Source of the DNA: Bacillota bacterium
GTDB taxonomy: Bacteria; Bacillota; Clostridia; Christensenellales; Aristaeellaceae
Length of the DNA stretch: 35,163 bases
NCBI GenBank assembly: GCA_023443705.1
Contig: JAEZTD010000250.1
Location: 1 to 35,163, forward strand
Direction of reading: 5' to 3'
Shown here: positions 8,362 through 16,758 of the stretch, piece by piece
How the letters are laid out: every line of letters begins with the position of its first letter
Position numbering within the stretch: position 1 is the stretch's first letter
Notes under the pieces: generated by a model
What the model was told of the DNA's origin: nothing
Database searches by the model: none
Seen by the model: the letters and a program-made list of their open reading frames with translations, nothing else
Program-made: the position numbers and the translations under genes

Positions 8362-10014
8362 TTATCCGATGGTCAGTTCGACCGGCACCTTGTAGTCAAA
8401 GCTCTTGCGGATGGCGGCGAGGATGTCGCCGTGGCCGTCCTTGAGGCTCATGGTGGCGGAAGAGGTGACGTCGGCGAGGTGGGTCTTGTCCTCATCGGAG
8501 AGGGCGTTGTATTTCGCCACATCCTGCTCATTGGAGGAATCGGCCTTCAGCGGACGGCCGTTGACGTCGGAGGTATACTTGGCGAACCAAGCGTCCACCT
8601 CGTCCACGGTCATGCCGACGAAGAGCTTCTGGAAGGCGTCCATCTCGTTCTGCCAGGTGGTGGTGTTCAGCTTGTAGCCTTCGCCGCGCTCACGCTTGGT
8701 CTTCCAGCCGGCGACGTCGGCCAGGAAGCTGTCGTCGGTGCTTTCGGAGACGGAGTCGACCTTCTCGTCGTGGTCGGCGTCCATGTTGTAGCCGCCCTGT
8801 CCCGGGTAGCCGCTGAAGTGAGGCATGGATTCGCCGTCGTAGTTGGGCGAGGCGACCTCCACCTGATCCACCTGGATGGCGGCGATGCGGCCCTCGGCGT
8901 CAAACAGCGTCACGGCGACGACATCGTTGAAGGAATAGACGGGGACTTCCTTGTCGTCCTTGCCGGGGCCGATGCGGCCGTTGTGGGACGCGCCCAGGCC
9001 AAAGCCTGTGGCGGACGTGGCCGTCAGCGGAACGCGGTTTTCATAGGCCTTGCGGATGGCGGCGAGGATGTCGCCGTGGCCGTCCTTGAGGCTCATGGTG
9101 GCGGAGGAGGTGACGTCGGCGAGGTGGGCCTTGTCCTCGTCGGAGAGGGCGTTGTACTTCGCCACGTCCTGCTCATTGGAGGAATCGGCTTTCAGCGGGC
9201 GGCCGTTGACGTCGGAGGTGTACTTGGCGAACCACGCGTCCACTTCGTCCACGGTCATGCCGACGAAGAGCTTCTGGAAGGCGTCCATCTCGTTCTGCCA
9301 GGTGGTGGTGTTGAGCTTGTAGCCTTCGCCGCGCTCGCGCTTGGTCTTCCAGGCGGCGATTTCGGCCAGGAAGCTGTCTTCGGTGTTCTCGGAGACGGAG
9401 TCAACCTTCTCATCGTGGTCGGCGTCCATGTTGTAGCCCGGCTGGCCCGGCAGGCCGCTCAGGTGGGGCATGGATTCTCCGTCGTAGTTGGGTGTGGCGA
9501 CCTCCAGCTGGTCGATGTTCAGGTGCAGGATCTTGCCTTCGCCGTCAAAGATCGCGCTGGCGTACACCTCGTTGAAGGAGTAGACCTGCACATCCTTGTC
9601 GTCCTTGCCGGGGCCGATGCGGCCATTGCTGACGATGCCGAGGCCCAGGTACGCGTCCGCAGCTTCGATGACGGCGGGCGCCTCGGCCGCTTCTGCTTCG
9701 GTGGTCAGCCCCAGCGCACTCGAAACAGCGGCCAGAATGGCCTTGCCGGTGTAGGTCGCACCGGAAACCACGTCCACTTCGACACCGTTCGCCTCGACGA
9801 TCTTCGCCGGCAGCCCTTCAAGCGCCAGCGTGCCGATGCCGTCTGTTTCCTTCGCGCCGGTTGCCTCGACGGAGACAATCTTGCCGTCCTCAACCGTCAC
9901 GGTCACCTCGACCGGGCCGCCGAAACCATCGGCGGTTCCGGTGAACACTTCGGCCTGCGCCGCGATGCTCACCATCAGAAGCAATGCGACCAGAATGGAA
10001 ACCAACCGCTTCAT
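8362..10014 (-). CDS. exported FMN-binding domain protein with two tandem copies of an uncharacterised ~215-aa domain
   Basis: The signal peptide is MKRLVSILVALLLMVSIAAQA. An FMN_bind-like segment follows (GFGGPVEVTVTVEDGKIVSVE...VDVVSGATYTGKAI). Two repeats of GRIGPGKDDK...NYDGESMPH...WKTKRERGEGYKLNTTTWQNEMDAF... come after it. Confidence 0.75.
   Translation of the reverse strand: MKRLVSILVALLLMVSIAAQAEVFTGTADGFGGPVEVTVTVEDGKIVSVEATGAKETDGIGTLALEGLPAKIVEANGVEVDVVSGATYTGKAILAAVSSALGLTTEAEAAEAPAVIEAADAYLGLGIVSNGRIGPGKDDKDVQVYSFNEVYASAIFDGEGKILHLNIDQLEVATPNYDGESMPHLSGLPGQPGYNMDADHDEKVDSVSENTEDSFLAEIAAWKTKRERGEGYKLNTTTWQNEMDAFQKLFVGMTVDEVDAWFAKYTSDVNGRPLKADSSNEQDVAKYNALSDEDKAHLADVTSSATMSLKDGHGDILAAIRKAYENRVPLTATSATGFGLGASHNGRIGPGKDDKEVPVYSFNDVVAVTLFDAEGRIAAIQVDQVEVASPNYDGESMPHFSGYPGQGGYNMDADHDEKVDSVSESTDDSFLADVAGWKTKRERGEGYKLNTTTWQNEMDAFQKLFVGMTVDEVDAWFAKYTSDVNGRPLKADSSNEQDVAKYNALSDEDKTHLADVTSSATMSLKDGHGDILAAIRKSFDYKVPVELTIG
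8404..9693. repeat. intragenic tandem duplication, 2 units of 645 bp (about 8404-9048 and 9049-9693)
   Basis: The shadow ORFs 8405..8677 and 9050..9322 differ at 3 of 90 residues. The first ~300 nt of each unit are nearly identical and the rest is clearly more diverged. Confidence 0.9.
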
Positions 10015-10127
10015 GAATAGTCCCTCCCCATTTCTTCATCTCCACGTTTTGTCTCCTGGGAACCGCCGCCACAGGAGGCGGGAAAAGATGCGTTCACCCC
10101 CCGATGAGCCGCGATCCCTTCAAAAAA

Positions 10128-10156
10128 ATTATGCGCTTTTTGCACGAACAGGTCAA
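10128..10156 (-). promoter_or_regulatory. candidate sigma-A promoter for the FMN-binding protein gene
   Basis: On the minus strand: TTGACC (10151-10156), 17-nt spacer, CATAAT (10128-10133). It lies about 110 nt upstream of the start at 10014. Confidence 0.35.
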
Positions 10157-10256
10157 TATACCTACGGTAAATTTAAACCATATGTGTGGTGTGAATTTTT
10201 TACTGCGAGCGACCGTGCCGCGCCCGGTCGCTCGGCGGGCCATGCCGGGGGTTTGG

Positions 10257-11498
10257 CTAATCGTAGGATTGTTCCTCCACCACCAGGTGCGCGGCGGGGA
10301 ATGGAGCGAGCGCGCGGGGCAAAATACCCATGAGGTATGCGATCAGGACGCCGTAGTTCGTGACGTAAGTTCCCTGGGCGCGGGCCTCGGAAATCCTGTA
10401 GTCCATCTCTCGGCGGTTCAGCATGCAGCCGCCGCAATGGACGACCAGCCGATAGCCCGACACATCTTTGGGAAAGCACGCGCCGCTCGCCCAATCGAAT
10501 TCGATGCCGCCGCCCACTTTTTCGCGGATCCAGCGAGGGAGCTTCACCGTACCGATGTCGTCCTCCTGGCGGTGGTGGGTACAGCCCTCGACGATCAGCA
10601 CCCGATCGCCCGCATTCAGCCACTCGATCTGCCGCGCGCCCCGCACCATCTCTTCGAGGTCACCTTTCTGCCGGGCGAAGAGGATGGAGAAGGAGGTCAT
10701 CGGAATCTCCGGCGGGGTTTCCGCGGCCACGACTTGAAACGCCTGGGAGTCGGTGATGACAATGGCGGGCGGCGCTTGAAGCGCCTTGAGCGCCTGCCTC
10801 AGGGCGTTCTCCTTCACGACGACGGAGATGGCGTCTTTTTCCAGAAGGGCGCGGATGGTCTGCTGCTGCGGCAGGATCAGCCGTCCCTTCGGCGCGGCCT
10901 TGTCGATGGGCGTCACCAAAACCGCCACCTCGCCCGGGCTAATCAGGCCGTCCACCAGCGCAGGTTCTTCGTCCTCGACGGCGGCGGAAGATATGATCTG
11001 CTCCTTCAGCGCGCCGACACCCTGCCCGCTTTGCGCGCTGACGGCGAGAACGGGCACGCCGAAGCGCGTCTTCATTTCGGAGACGAAGGTCTGGTCGGGC
11101 TGGGCGGCGTCGCACTTGTTGACGACGAGGATCGCGGGGATGCGCCGCCTGTTTAGCTGCGCGAGCAGGTCCTTCTCAAAGGCGGTGATGCCCTGCATGA
11201 AATCTGTGACCACCAGCGCGAGATTGCACCGGCGAAGCGCCTCGTAGGTCTTTTCCACGCGCTTCGCGCCGAGTTCTCCCTCGTCGTCGAGCCCCGCGGT
11301 GTCGATCAGCAGCACCGGTCCGATGGGGAGCAGCTCCATTGCCTTTCGGACGGGGTCTGTGGTGGTGCCGGGAACCTCGCTGGTGACGGCGACGGGTTGC
11401 CCGGCGATGGCGTTGATGAGCGAGGACTTGCCCGCGTTGCGCCGTCCGAAGAGGCCGATGACGTACCGGGAGCCCGACGGGGTCTCGTTCATATCCAT
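10257..11498 (-). CDS. hydF: [FeFe] hydrogenase H-cluster maturation GTPase HydF
   Basis: It has a GTPase P-loop (GRRNAGKSSLINAI), a DTAG motif and a HydF-like C-terminus with CGGC. Among the clustered ATGs, the one at 11496-11498 has the best spacing (7 nt) to GGAGG. Confidence 0.9.
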   Translation of the reverse strand: MDMNETPSGSRYVIGLFGRRNAGKSSLINAIAGQPVAVTSEVPGTTTDPVRKAMELLPIGPVLLIDTAGLDDEGELGAKRVEKTYEALRRCNLALVVTDFMQGITAFEKDLLAQLNRRRIPAILVVNKCDAAQPDQTFVSEMKTRFGVPVLAVSAQSGQGVGALKEQIISSAAVEDEEPALVDGLISPGEVAVLVTPIDKAAPKGRLILPQQQTIRALLEKDAISVVVKENALRQALKALQAPPAIVITDSQAFQVVAAETPPEIPMTSFSILFARQKGDLEEMVRGARQIEWLNAGDRVLIVEGCTHHRQEDDIGTVKLPRWIREKVGGGIEFDWASGACFPKDVSGYRLVVHCGGCMLNRREMDYRISEARAQGTYVTNYGVLIAYLMGILPRALAPFPAAHLVVEEQSYD

Positions 11499-11562
11499 TC
11501 GCATACCTCCTTGTCCGCGCCGGGCGCGGCCGGGTTTCTGGTTTTATCGGGACTATGCGCTA

Positions 11563-12648
11563 TTAGCATGTCGGGGCCTCCCTCCGCTCGGCGTCCGGGT
11601 GGTCGCCACGCGAAAAGTCAGGCTGGAACCCGGCGGATTCGATCCGACGGCTGAGGCAGGAAAGGCACTCCGCCGCCTCCTCGCCGGTGCAGATTTTGTT
11701 GTCGTAGAGCGCGTAATCCTTTCGGTGCCGGACGGGGGAGAGGTTGGGCATCACCACGTTGGCTCCCGCCTGAAGACCCTTTTCCCGTCCTCCGGGGTCG
11801 ATGGTGCCCAGCGCCGTGGTGGCAGGCAGCAGCACCTTCGGCAGAAGAAGCCGGACGATGGACAGAAGAATCAGCGTCCTGTCCGCCGTGGGCGTGGGCA
11901 GGTTCCTAAAGCGCGTGTCCTTCTGGGGGATGAAGGGGCCGATCCCCACCATGTGGGGTTTGAGGTCCAGGAGAAAGAGGAGGTCCTCCGCAATCGTTTC
12001 AATGGTCTGGAGCGGGGATTCCACCATAAAGCCCGCGCCCACTTGAAAGCCCAGTTCTCTCAGGTCGTAGAGGCAGCGCAGGCGGTTCTCAAGGCGCATC
12101 TCAGGCGGATGCAGCGCTTCGTAATGGGCTTTGTCCGCCGTCTCGTGTCGCAGAAGGTACCGGTCCGCGCCCGCTTCGCGCAGGCGCCGGTAGGAATCGC
12201 GGCTGCGCTCGCCCAGGGACAGCGTCACCGCCGAATCCGGGAACCGCGCCTTGATCTCCGACACGACGCGGCACATCCTGTCGTCGTCAAAATACGGGTC
12301 TTCGCCGCCTTGCAGCACGAAGGTGCGAAAGCCCAGGCTGTGCCCGGTGTGGCAGCAGCCTAGGATTTCTTCCTCCGTCAGCCGGTAGCGCACCGCGCTA
12401 TTGTTGCTTCTGGAGAGGCCGCAGTAGTGGCAGCCGTTTTTGCAGTGGCTGGAGAACTCAATGAGCCCCCGAAAGAAAACCTTCTTACCAAAGTGCGCCG
12501 AGCGCGCCTCGTCCGCCATGCGCCGAAGCGCTTTCCGCGCCTCAGGCGGCGCTCCATCCAGGAAAAAGCGCAGCATCGCCTGAAGCGCCGGCCTTTCCGC
12601 GCCGCTCAGCCAGCGGGTGAAGGCAGTATGTTCCGTCGGATAATTCAT
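11563..12648 (-). CDS. hydE: [FeFe] hydrogenase radical SAM maturase HydE
   Basis: The radical SAM motif CKNGCHYCG and a biotin-synthase-like body support the call. ATG at 12646-12648 lies 7 nt after AGGAG. Confidence 0.9.
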   Translation of the reverse strand: MNYPTEHTAFTRWLSGAERPALQAMLRFFLDGAPPEARKALRRMADEARSAHFGKKVFFRGLIEFSSHCKNGCHYCGLSRSNNSAVRYRLTEEEILGCCHTGHSLGFRTFVLQGGEDPYFDDDRMCRVVSEIKARFPDSAVTLSLGERSRDSYRRLREAGADRYLLRHETADKAHYEALHPPEMRLENRLRCLYDLRELGFQVGAGFMVESPLQTIETIAEDLLFLLDLKPHMVGIGPFIPQKDTRFRNLPTPTADRTLILLSIVRLLLPKVLLPATTALGTIDPGGREKGLQAGANVVMPNLSPVRHRKDYALYDNKICTGEEAAECLSCLSRRIESAGFQPDFSRGDHPDAERREAPTC

Positions 12649-12658
12649 GCGCACGCTC

Positions 12659-14110
12659 CTAAAGCCTCAAGTCACGTTCGCCTGCCTCGATCCGTCGGAG
12701 CGTGGCGGCGATCTTTTCGTACACCGGCTCGCCCTTGAACTTGTCGAGGTGTTCAATGAGCGTCCGCTCGCCCTTTTCGCGGGCTTCGGGCGAGGCATAG
12801 TCGATCAGGTATTCCTTTAGCGTGAACAGTGCGTTCGGGATGCAGTAATTGTGCACAAACTTGGATTTTGCGACCTTCATGAAGTGGTCGCCGGTGCGCC
12901 CGGCGCGGTAGCAGGCGGTGCAGAAGGACGGCACGCAGCCCATGTCGCAGACTTCCTGCACGATCTGATCCAGCGGCCGGTCGTCGCCGATCGAAAACTG
13001 CTCCTGATCGGGCAGCGCGTTCGCCCGCTGGGACGCGTGGTACGCGCCCACGCCGATGCGGGTGCCGCCGTCGATCTGCGAAACGCCGAAGGGAATCACG
13101 GCGCGCCGCACGCTGTCCGGTTCCCGGGCGGTGCAGATGAGCCCGGTGTAGGGCACCGACAGCCGGAGCACCGCCACCAGCTTTTTGAAGTCCTCATCGC
13201 TGACGGCGTACTCCGGATGCTCGGAGTAGGGGGTGCCGGTGGCAGGCGTGATGCGGGGGAAGGAGATGGTGTGCGGGCCGACGCCGCCGAAGGTTTCCTC
13301 CAGATGGATGGTGTGGTAGAGAAGCCCCATGACTTCAAAGCGCCAGTCGTACAGCCCGAACAGCACGCCGAGCCCCACGTCGTCCACGCCCGCCTGCTGC
13401 GCCCTGTCCATCGCGTAGAGCCGCCAGCGGTAGTGCCCCTTGATGGTGCCCTTGGGGTGCACGCGGCTGTAGGTCTCGTGGTGGTATGTCTCCTGGAACA
13501 CCTGGAAGGTGCCGATGTCCACATCCCTGAGTTTTCTGAGTTCCTCGACGGTCAGCGGCGCGCAGTTGATGTTGGCGCGTCGGATCTCGCCGTTTCGGTG
13601 CTTGACCGAATACACCTGCCGGATTGACGCGCACATGAAATCGATGTCCGTGGCGGGGGATTCGCCGTAGACGAGCACGGTGCGCTTCTGCCCCTCTTCA
13701 ATCATGATGCGGACTTCCTCGGCGATTTCATCCATCGAAAGGGTCGTTCTGTGGATCGCGCGGTTACTGGCGCGGAAGCCGCAGTAAACGCAGTTGTTGG
13801 CGCATTCGTCCGATATGTAGAGCGGCGCGAAGAACACGATGCGGTCGCCGTAGACTTCCTCCTTCAGCCGGTGGGCCAGGCGGAACATCTCCTCGATCGT
13901 CTCCTCGTCCCGGTTCTGAAGCAGAATCGCGGTCTCCTCAGGCTCCAGCCGCACGCAGCCCTCAGCCTTTTTCAGAACCCGGCGCACATCCTCCCGGGAG
14001 GGGTTCTCCCACCGGTTCAGCTGCGCCCAGATCACTTCATCGTCGATGAAGTCCCGGTTCATCCGGTCGTAGGCCTCGAATTCCGCCCTGTACTTGTCCA
14101 TAAAACCCAT
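12659..14110 (-). CDS. hydG: [FeFe] hydrogenase radical SAM maturase HydG
   Basis: It has the motif CANNCVYCGF and a C-terminal Cys cluster (CVPSFCTACYRAGRTGDHF). An AAGGGGG RBS lies 7 nt before the ATG. Confidence 0.9.
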   Translation of the reverse strand: MGFMDKYRAEFEAYDRMNRDFIDDEVIWAQLNRWENPSREDVRRVLKKAEGCVRLEPEETAILLQNRDEETIEEMFRLAHRLKEEVYGDRIVFFAPLYISDECANNCVYCGFRASNRAIHRTTLSMDEIAEEVRIMIEEGQKRTVLVYGESPATDIDFMCASIRQVYSVKHRNGEIRRANINCAPLTVEELRKLRDVDIGTFQVFQETYHHETYSRVHPKGTIKGHYRWRLYAMDRAQQAGVDDVGLGVLFGLYDWRFEVMGLLYHTIHLEETFGGVGPHTISFPRITPATGTPYSEHPEYAVSDEDFKKLVAVLRLSVPYTGLICTAREPDSVRRAVIPFGVSQIDGGTRIGVGAYHASQRANALPDQEQFSIGDDRPLDQIVQEVCDMGCVPSFCTACYRAGRTGDHFMKVAKSKFVHNYCIPNALFTLKEYLIDYASPEAREKGERTLIEHLDKFKGEPVYEKIAATLRRIEAGERDLRL

Positions 14111-14129
14111 GCCCAGGCCCCCTTGTTCG

Positions 14130-14429
14130 TTACGAATTGGTCTTCGCGATCATGGACTTGACGCTCGCGCCGGAAATCCTGCCGAGCGTCCCCGTCAGCG
14201 CGCTGATCTCGTCGTTTGAGCCGTCCACGATCAGCGCGATCACTGATACGCCCCGCTCCCGGTGCGGAAGGCCCATCCGCCCCGCGATCAGCCCGGCGTG
14301 GTCATGCAGCACCGCGTTGACCCGCTCCACGCAGGTGGGCTCCTCCACCACGATGCCCACGATCCCCAGACGCTTTTCCGCCTCCAAACCGATCTCTCCC
14401 TTCAAATCATACCAATCCGAAACATTCAT
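14130..14429 (-). CDS. TM1266-family putative iron-only hydrogenase system regulator (small ACT-like protein)
   Basis: This 99-aa protein is the first gene of the hydG/E/F operon. Its sequence (GIVGIVVEEPT..VNAVLHDHAGLIAGRMGLP) fits the family usually linked to hydG. Confidence 0.7.
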   Translation of the reverse strand: MNVSDWYDLKGEIGLEAEKRLGIVGIVVEEPTCVERVNAVLHDHAGLIAGRMGLPHRERGVSVIALIVDGSNDEISALTGTLGRISGASVKSMIAKTNS

Positions 14430-14594
14430 TCTTCGTCAGACCGGATCTTTTCGCCGAGAACTGTGTCGCCTTCCGCTTGACGTAGCGCTGCATTTCACGC
14501 CAAAGGCGTATCCCGAAGGGTCGCCTCGCTCCGGCTCCTTCTTCTCAATCGAAAATCTCGCGGTCCTTTGGAATAATGAATATTTCTACTTGGC

Positions 14595-14625
14595 ATAAAA
14601 ACACCCCTCCGGCATGGAAGGGGTG
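14595..14625 (-). terminator. intrinsic-terminator-like hairpin plus U-tract inside the hyd operon leader
   Basis: The minus-strand RNA reads CACCCCUUCC-AUGCC-GGAGGGGUG followed by UUUUUAU. It sits about 165 nt upstream of the first hyd-operon start codon. Confidence 0.55.
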
Positions 14626-14764
14626 CAAAACGGCAACAAAAAAAGAACACACATGCCATCTGCGCGCCTTCCCGCTCGGAAAACACCTTGCGGTCGGGTA
14701 GTGGTCGTGGCCCTGTGCCTCCGGGCATTTCGCGCGAAGACGCATTGCCTTTTTCTCGTCTCCC

Positions 14765-14793
14765 AGTGTAGCAGCGGCCCCGGCGATTGTCAA
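14765..14793 (-). promoter_or_regulatory. candidate sigma-A promoter of the hyd maturation operon or its leader
   Basis: On the minus strand: TTGACA (14788-14793), 17-nt spacer, TACACT (14765-14770). Confidence 0.45.
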
Positions 14794-14823
14794 GCAAAAA
14801 CGCGCGGGATGCGGGAAAAGCAA

Positions 14824-14852
14824 TTGCGCAATTAACCTTCTGGCGGTACAAT
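14824..14852 (+). promoter_or_regulatory. candidate promoter of the EamA/MBL gene pair
   Basis: TTGCGC (14824-14829), 17-nt spacer, TACAAT (14847-14852). It overlaps the first ATG of the ORF-track frame, which argues for a downstream start. Confidence 0.35.
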
Positions 14853-14895
14853 GCCCATGATACGCTTTACCACGAAAGAAGAAGGGGGCTGCGCC

Positions 14896-15843
14896 TTGAA
14901 TAGACACAGCCACAAGAAGGCCGGCCGGTCCGGCGAGGGAATGGGCAGCCTGGCACTTGGCGCGGCCATGCTCGGCATCTCGTTTTCCGCTACGCTCAAC
15001 AAGCTCGCGCTGGGCGAAGGGCTGCACCCCATCTGGATCAACGCGCTCCGGCTGGGCTTTGCGATCGCGCTGATGCTCTTGTATGCCCTCGTCAGGCGGC
15101 GGGCGCCGGTTCGGGGAATGACCCGGCGTACGCTTCTTCTATCGCTCGTCTCCGGCGCGTTTCTGGCGGCGCATTTTGTATGTTGGGTGTACGCGTTGAA
15201 GCTGACCGATGCGCTGGCCGCCGCGGCGTTGTGGAGCACATACCTTTTCATGACGGCGCTGGGCTCGGTGGCGCTCTTCCGGGAGCGGATTCCGAAGGCA
15301 GCCGCCGTTTCGATGGGCGTTGCCTTTCTGGGGGTTTTGGTCTGCTGCATGAACATGAGCGCCTCCCGCCTGTCCGGAAACCTCTTCGCGCTGGGCGCGG
15401 CCGCCACTCAGGCGGGCTACTTTCTCTGCGGGCGCTTCGTGCGCAGGCATGTGGACAACTTCTCCTACACGCTGGTGGTGTACGGGGCGGCGTTTGCGGT
15501 TCTGATGGTGACAGGCTTTGCGCTTTGCCTGAACGTGGACGGGCTGAGCGCGCCGTCGCTACTGTCGACGCTGGGGCTCGCGGTGTTCTGTACGCTCCTC
15601 GGGCATACACTCAGTTCCTACGCGCTGAAGAGCCTGAGCGCCACCACCGTGTCGGTCGCGATGCTGACGGAGGTCGTCTCCGGGCCGCTCATGGTGTTTC
15701 TGGTCCTGGGCGAGGCGCCCGGGCGCTTCACCCTCATCGGCGGTGCGATCATCATCCTGTCGGTGGCGTGGTTCTTCTACCTGGACGTGCGCACCCGGCC
15801 GGTTTTGGCGCAGACAGCGGCGGAAGGGGCGGAGATTCCATGA
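14896..15843 (+). CDS. EamA/DMT-family transporter
   Basis: The protein is multi-TM and has two EamA-like halves. The preferred start is TTG at 14896, with GAAGGGGG 7 nt upstream. Alternative starts lie at 14851 and 14941, so the start is uncertain. Confidence 0.75.
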   Translation: MNRHSHKKAGRSGEGMGSLALGAAMLGISFSATLNKLALGEGLHPIWINALRLGFAIALMLLYALVRRRAPVRGMTRRTLLLSLVSGAFLAAHFVCWVYALKLTDALAAAALWSTYLFMTALGSVALFRERIPKAAAVSMGVAFLGVLVCCMNMSASRLSGNLFALGAAATQAGYFLCGRFVRRHVDNFSYTLVVYGAAFAVLMVTGFALCLNVDGLSAPSLLSTLGLAVFCTLLGHTLSSYALKSLSATTVSVAMLTEVVSGPLMVFLVLGEAPGRFTLIGGAIIILSVAWFFYLDVRTRPVLAQTAAEGAEIP

Positions 15844-16709
15844 GCACTTCATCGATGCGGATCATCGGCAGCGGTTCGGCGGAGGCCATTTCCAGCCCCA
15901 TGTGCGCCTGCCCCATCTGCCGGAATGCCCGGGAAGGGGGCGGGAAGGACGTACGCTCCCGAAGCTGTTTTCGCGTGAACGAGGCCGTGCAGATCGACTG
16001 CGGTCCCGACGCCTTCTACCAGTCGGCGGTGCTGGGAAACGATCTGACGACCGTCACGGATCTTCTCATCACCCACACCCACGAGGACCACATGGCGTTC
16101 GCGCAGCTGGACGTGCGCGCGCTGGCCATCCGCGGCGCGGAAAAGGCGGTGCGCGTACATGCCTCCCGCGCGGGCTGCGAATGGCTGCGCCGCGCCTGTG
16201 CGCCTTACCCATACGCGGCGCTTTTGTACGAACCGCTGTACCGGCTGGTTCCGGTGGACTACGGCGAGCCGTTTGCGGCGGGCGGCCTTCAGGTAACGCC
16301 CCTCAAGGGCAACCACAAGGGCTATGGAGAAGATGAATTCTCGGTCAACTACCTCGTCGCACTTGAAGACGGAAAGATGCTCTTCTACGCCTCCGACACC
16401 GGTTATTTTCTGGAGGAGACGTTTGAAGCGCTCAGCGTCGTGAAGCTCGAGTATCTCGTAGTGGAGGGGACGTTCGGCGACCTGCCAGAATTCATGGACG
16501 AAAAGACAGATGGGCACATGGGCTGCGCCGGGGTGCTGGCGGTGACGCGCCGCCTCCTTGAGCAGGGGACGCTGAATGAAGGCTCAACGGTGGTCGTCAC
16601 CCACATAAGCCACAGGCAGTCGATGAACCATGAGGGGCTGGAGGCTTACTTTGCCTCGCGGGACGCGGGCATCAAAATCCTCGTCGGGTACGACGGAATG
16701 CCGCTATAA
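15840..16709 (+). CDS. MBL-fold metallo-hydrolase
   Basis: It has the HxHxDH motif (THTHEDHMAF). The start MSTSSMRIIGSGS overlaps the EamA stop (ATGA at 15840-15843). Confidence 0.75.
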   Translation: MSTSSMRIIGSGSAEAISSPMCACPICRNAREGGGKDVRSRSCFRVNEAVQIDCGPDAFYQSAVLGNDLTTVTDLLITHTHEDHMAFAQLDVRALAIRGAEKAVRVHASRAGCEWLRRACAPYPYAALLYEPLYRLVPVDYGEPFAAGGLQVTPLKGNHKGYGEDEFSVNYLVALEDGKMLFYASDTGYFLEETFEALSVVKLEYLVVEGTFGDLPEFMDEKTDGHMGCAGVLAVTRRLLEQGTLNEGSTVVVTHISHRQSMNHEGLEAYFASRDAGIKILVGYDGMPL

Positions 16710-16715
16710 CGGAAA

Positions 16716-16742
16716 GGGAGCCGGGCTTTTCGCCCGGCTCCC
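16716..16742. terminator. hairpin terminator between the convergent MBL hydrolase and oxidoreductase genes
   Basis: GGGAGCCGGGC-ttttc-GCCCGGCTCCC is a perfect 11-bp stem. Confidence 0.65.
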
Positions 16743-16758
16743 TAAATATCGGCCACTG

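Noticed and set aside
8431-10020. A 529-aa plus-strand ORF lies antisense to the FMN-binding protein gene. Similar long antisense ORFs occur at 32878..34245, 16630..17979, 3264..4286, 6816..7823 and 10104..11156.
   Set aside because: These are typical high-GC shadow ORFs, with Arg/Gly/Ala/Val-rich low-complexity translations, no RBS and no recognisable domains. The opposite strand has clear family matches.
10206-10234. A 10-bp hairpin (CGAGCGACCG/CGGTCGCTCG) lies 22 nt downstream of hydF and could be its terminator.
   Set aside because: On the minus strand it is followed by an A-run and not a U-run, so it is not a canonical intrinsic terminator. I did not list it as a feature, although it may still pause or terminate transcription.
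14430-14760. I tried to match the hyd leader to known riboswitch classes (cobalamin B12 box, SAM, c-di-GMP, T-box).
   Set aside because: I could find none of the consensus cores I can recall (for example GCCACUG in the right context). It is kept only as an unclassified attenuator candidate in the findings.
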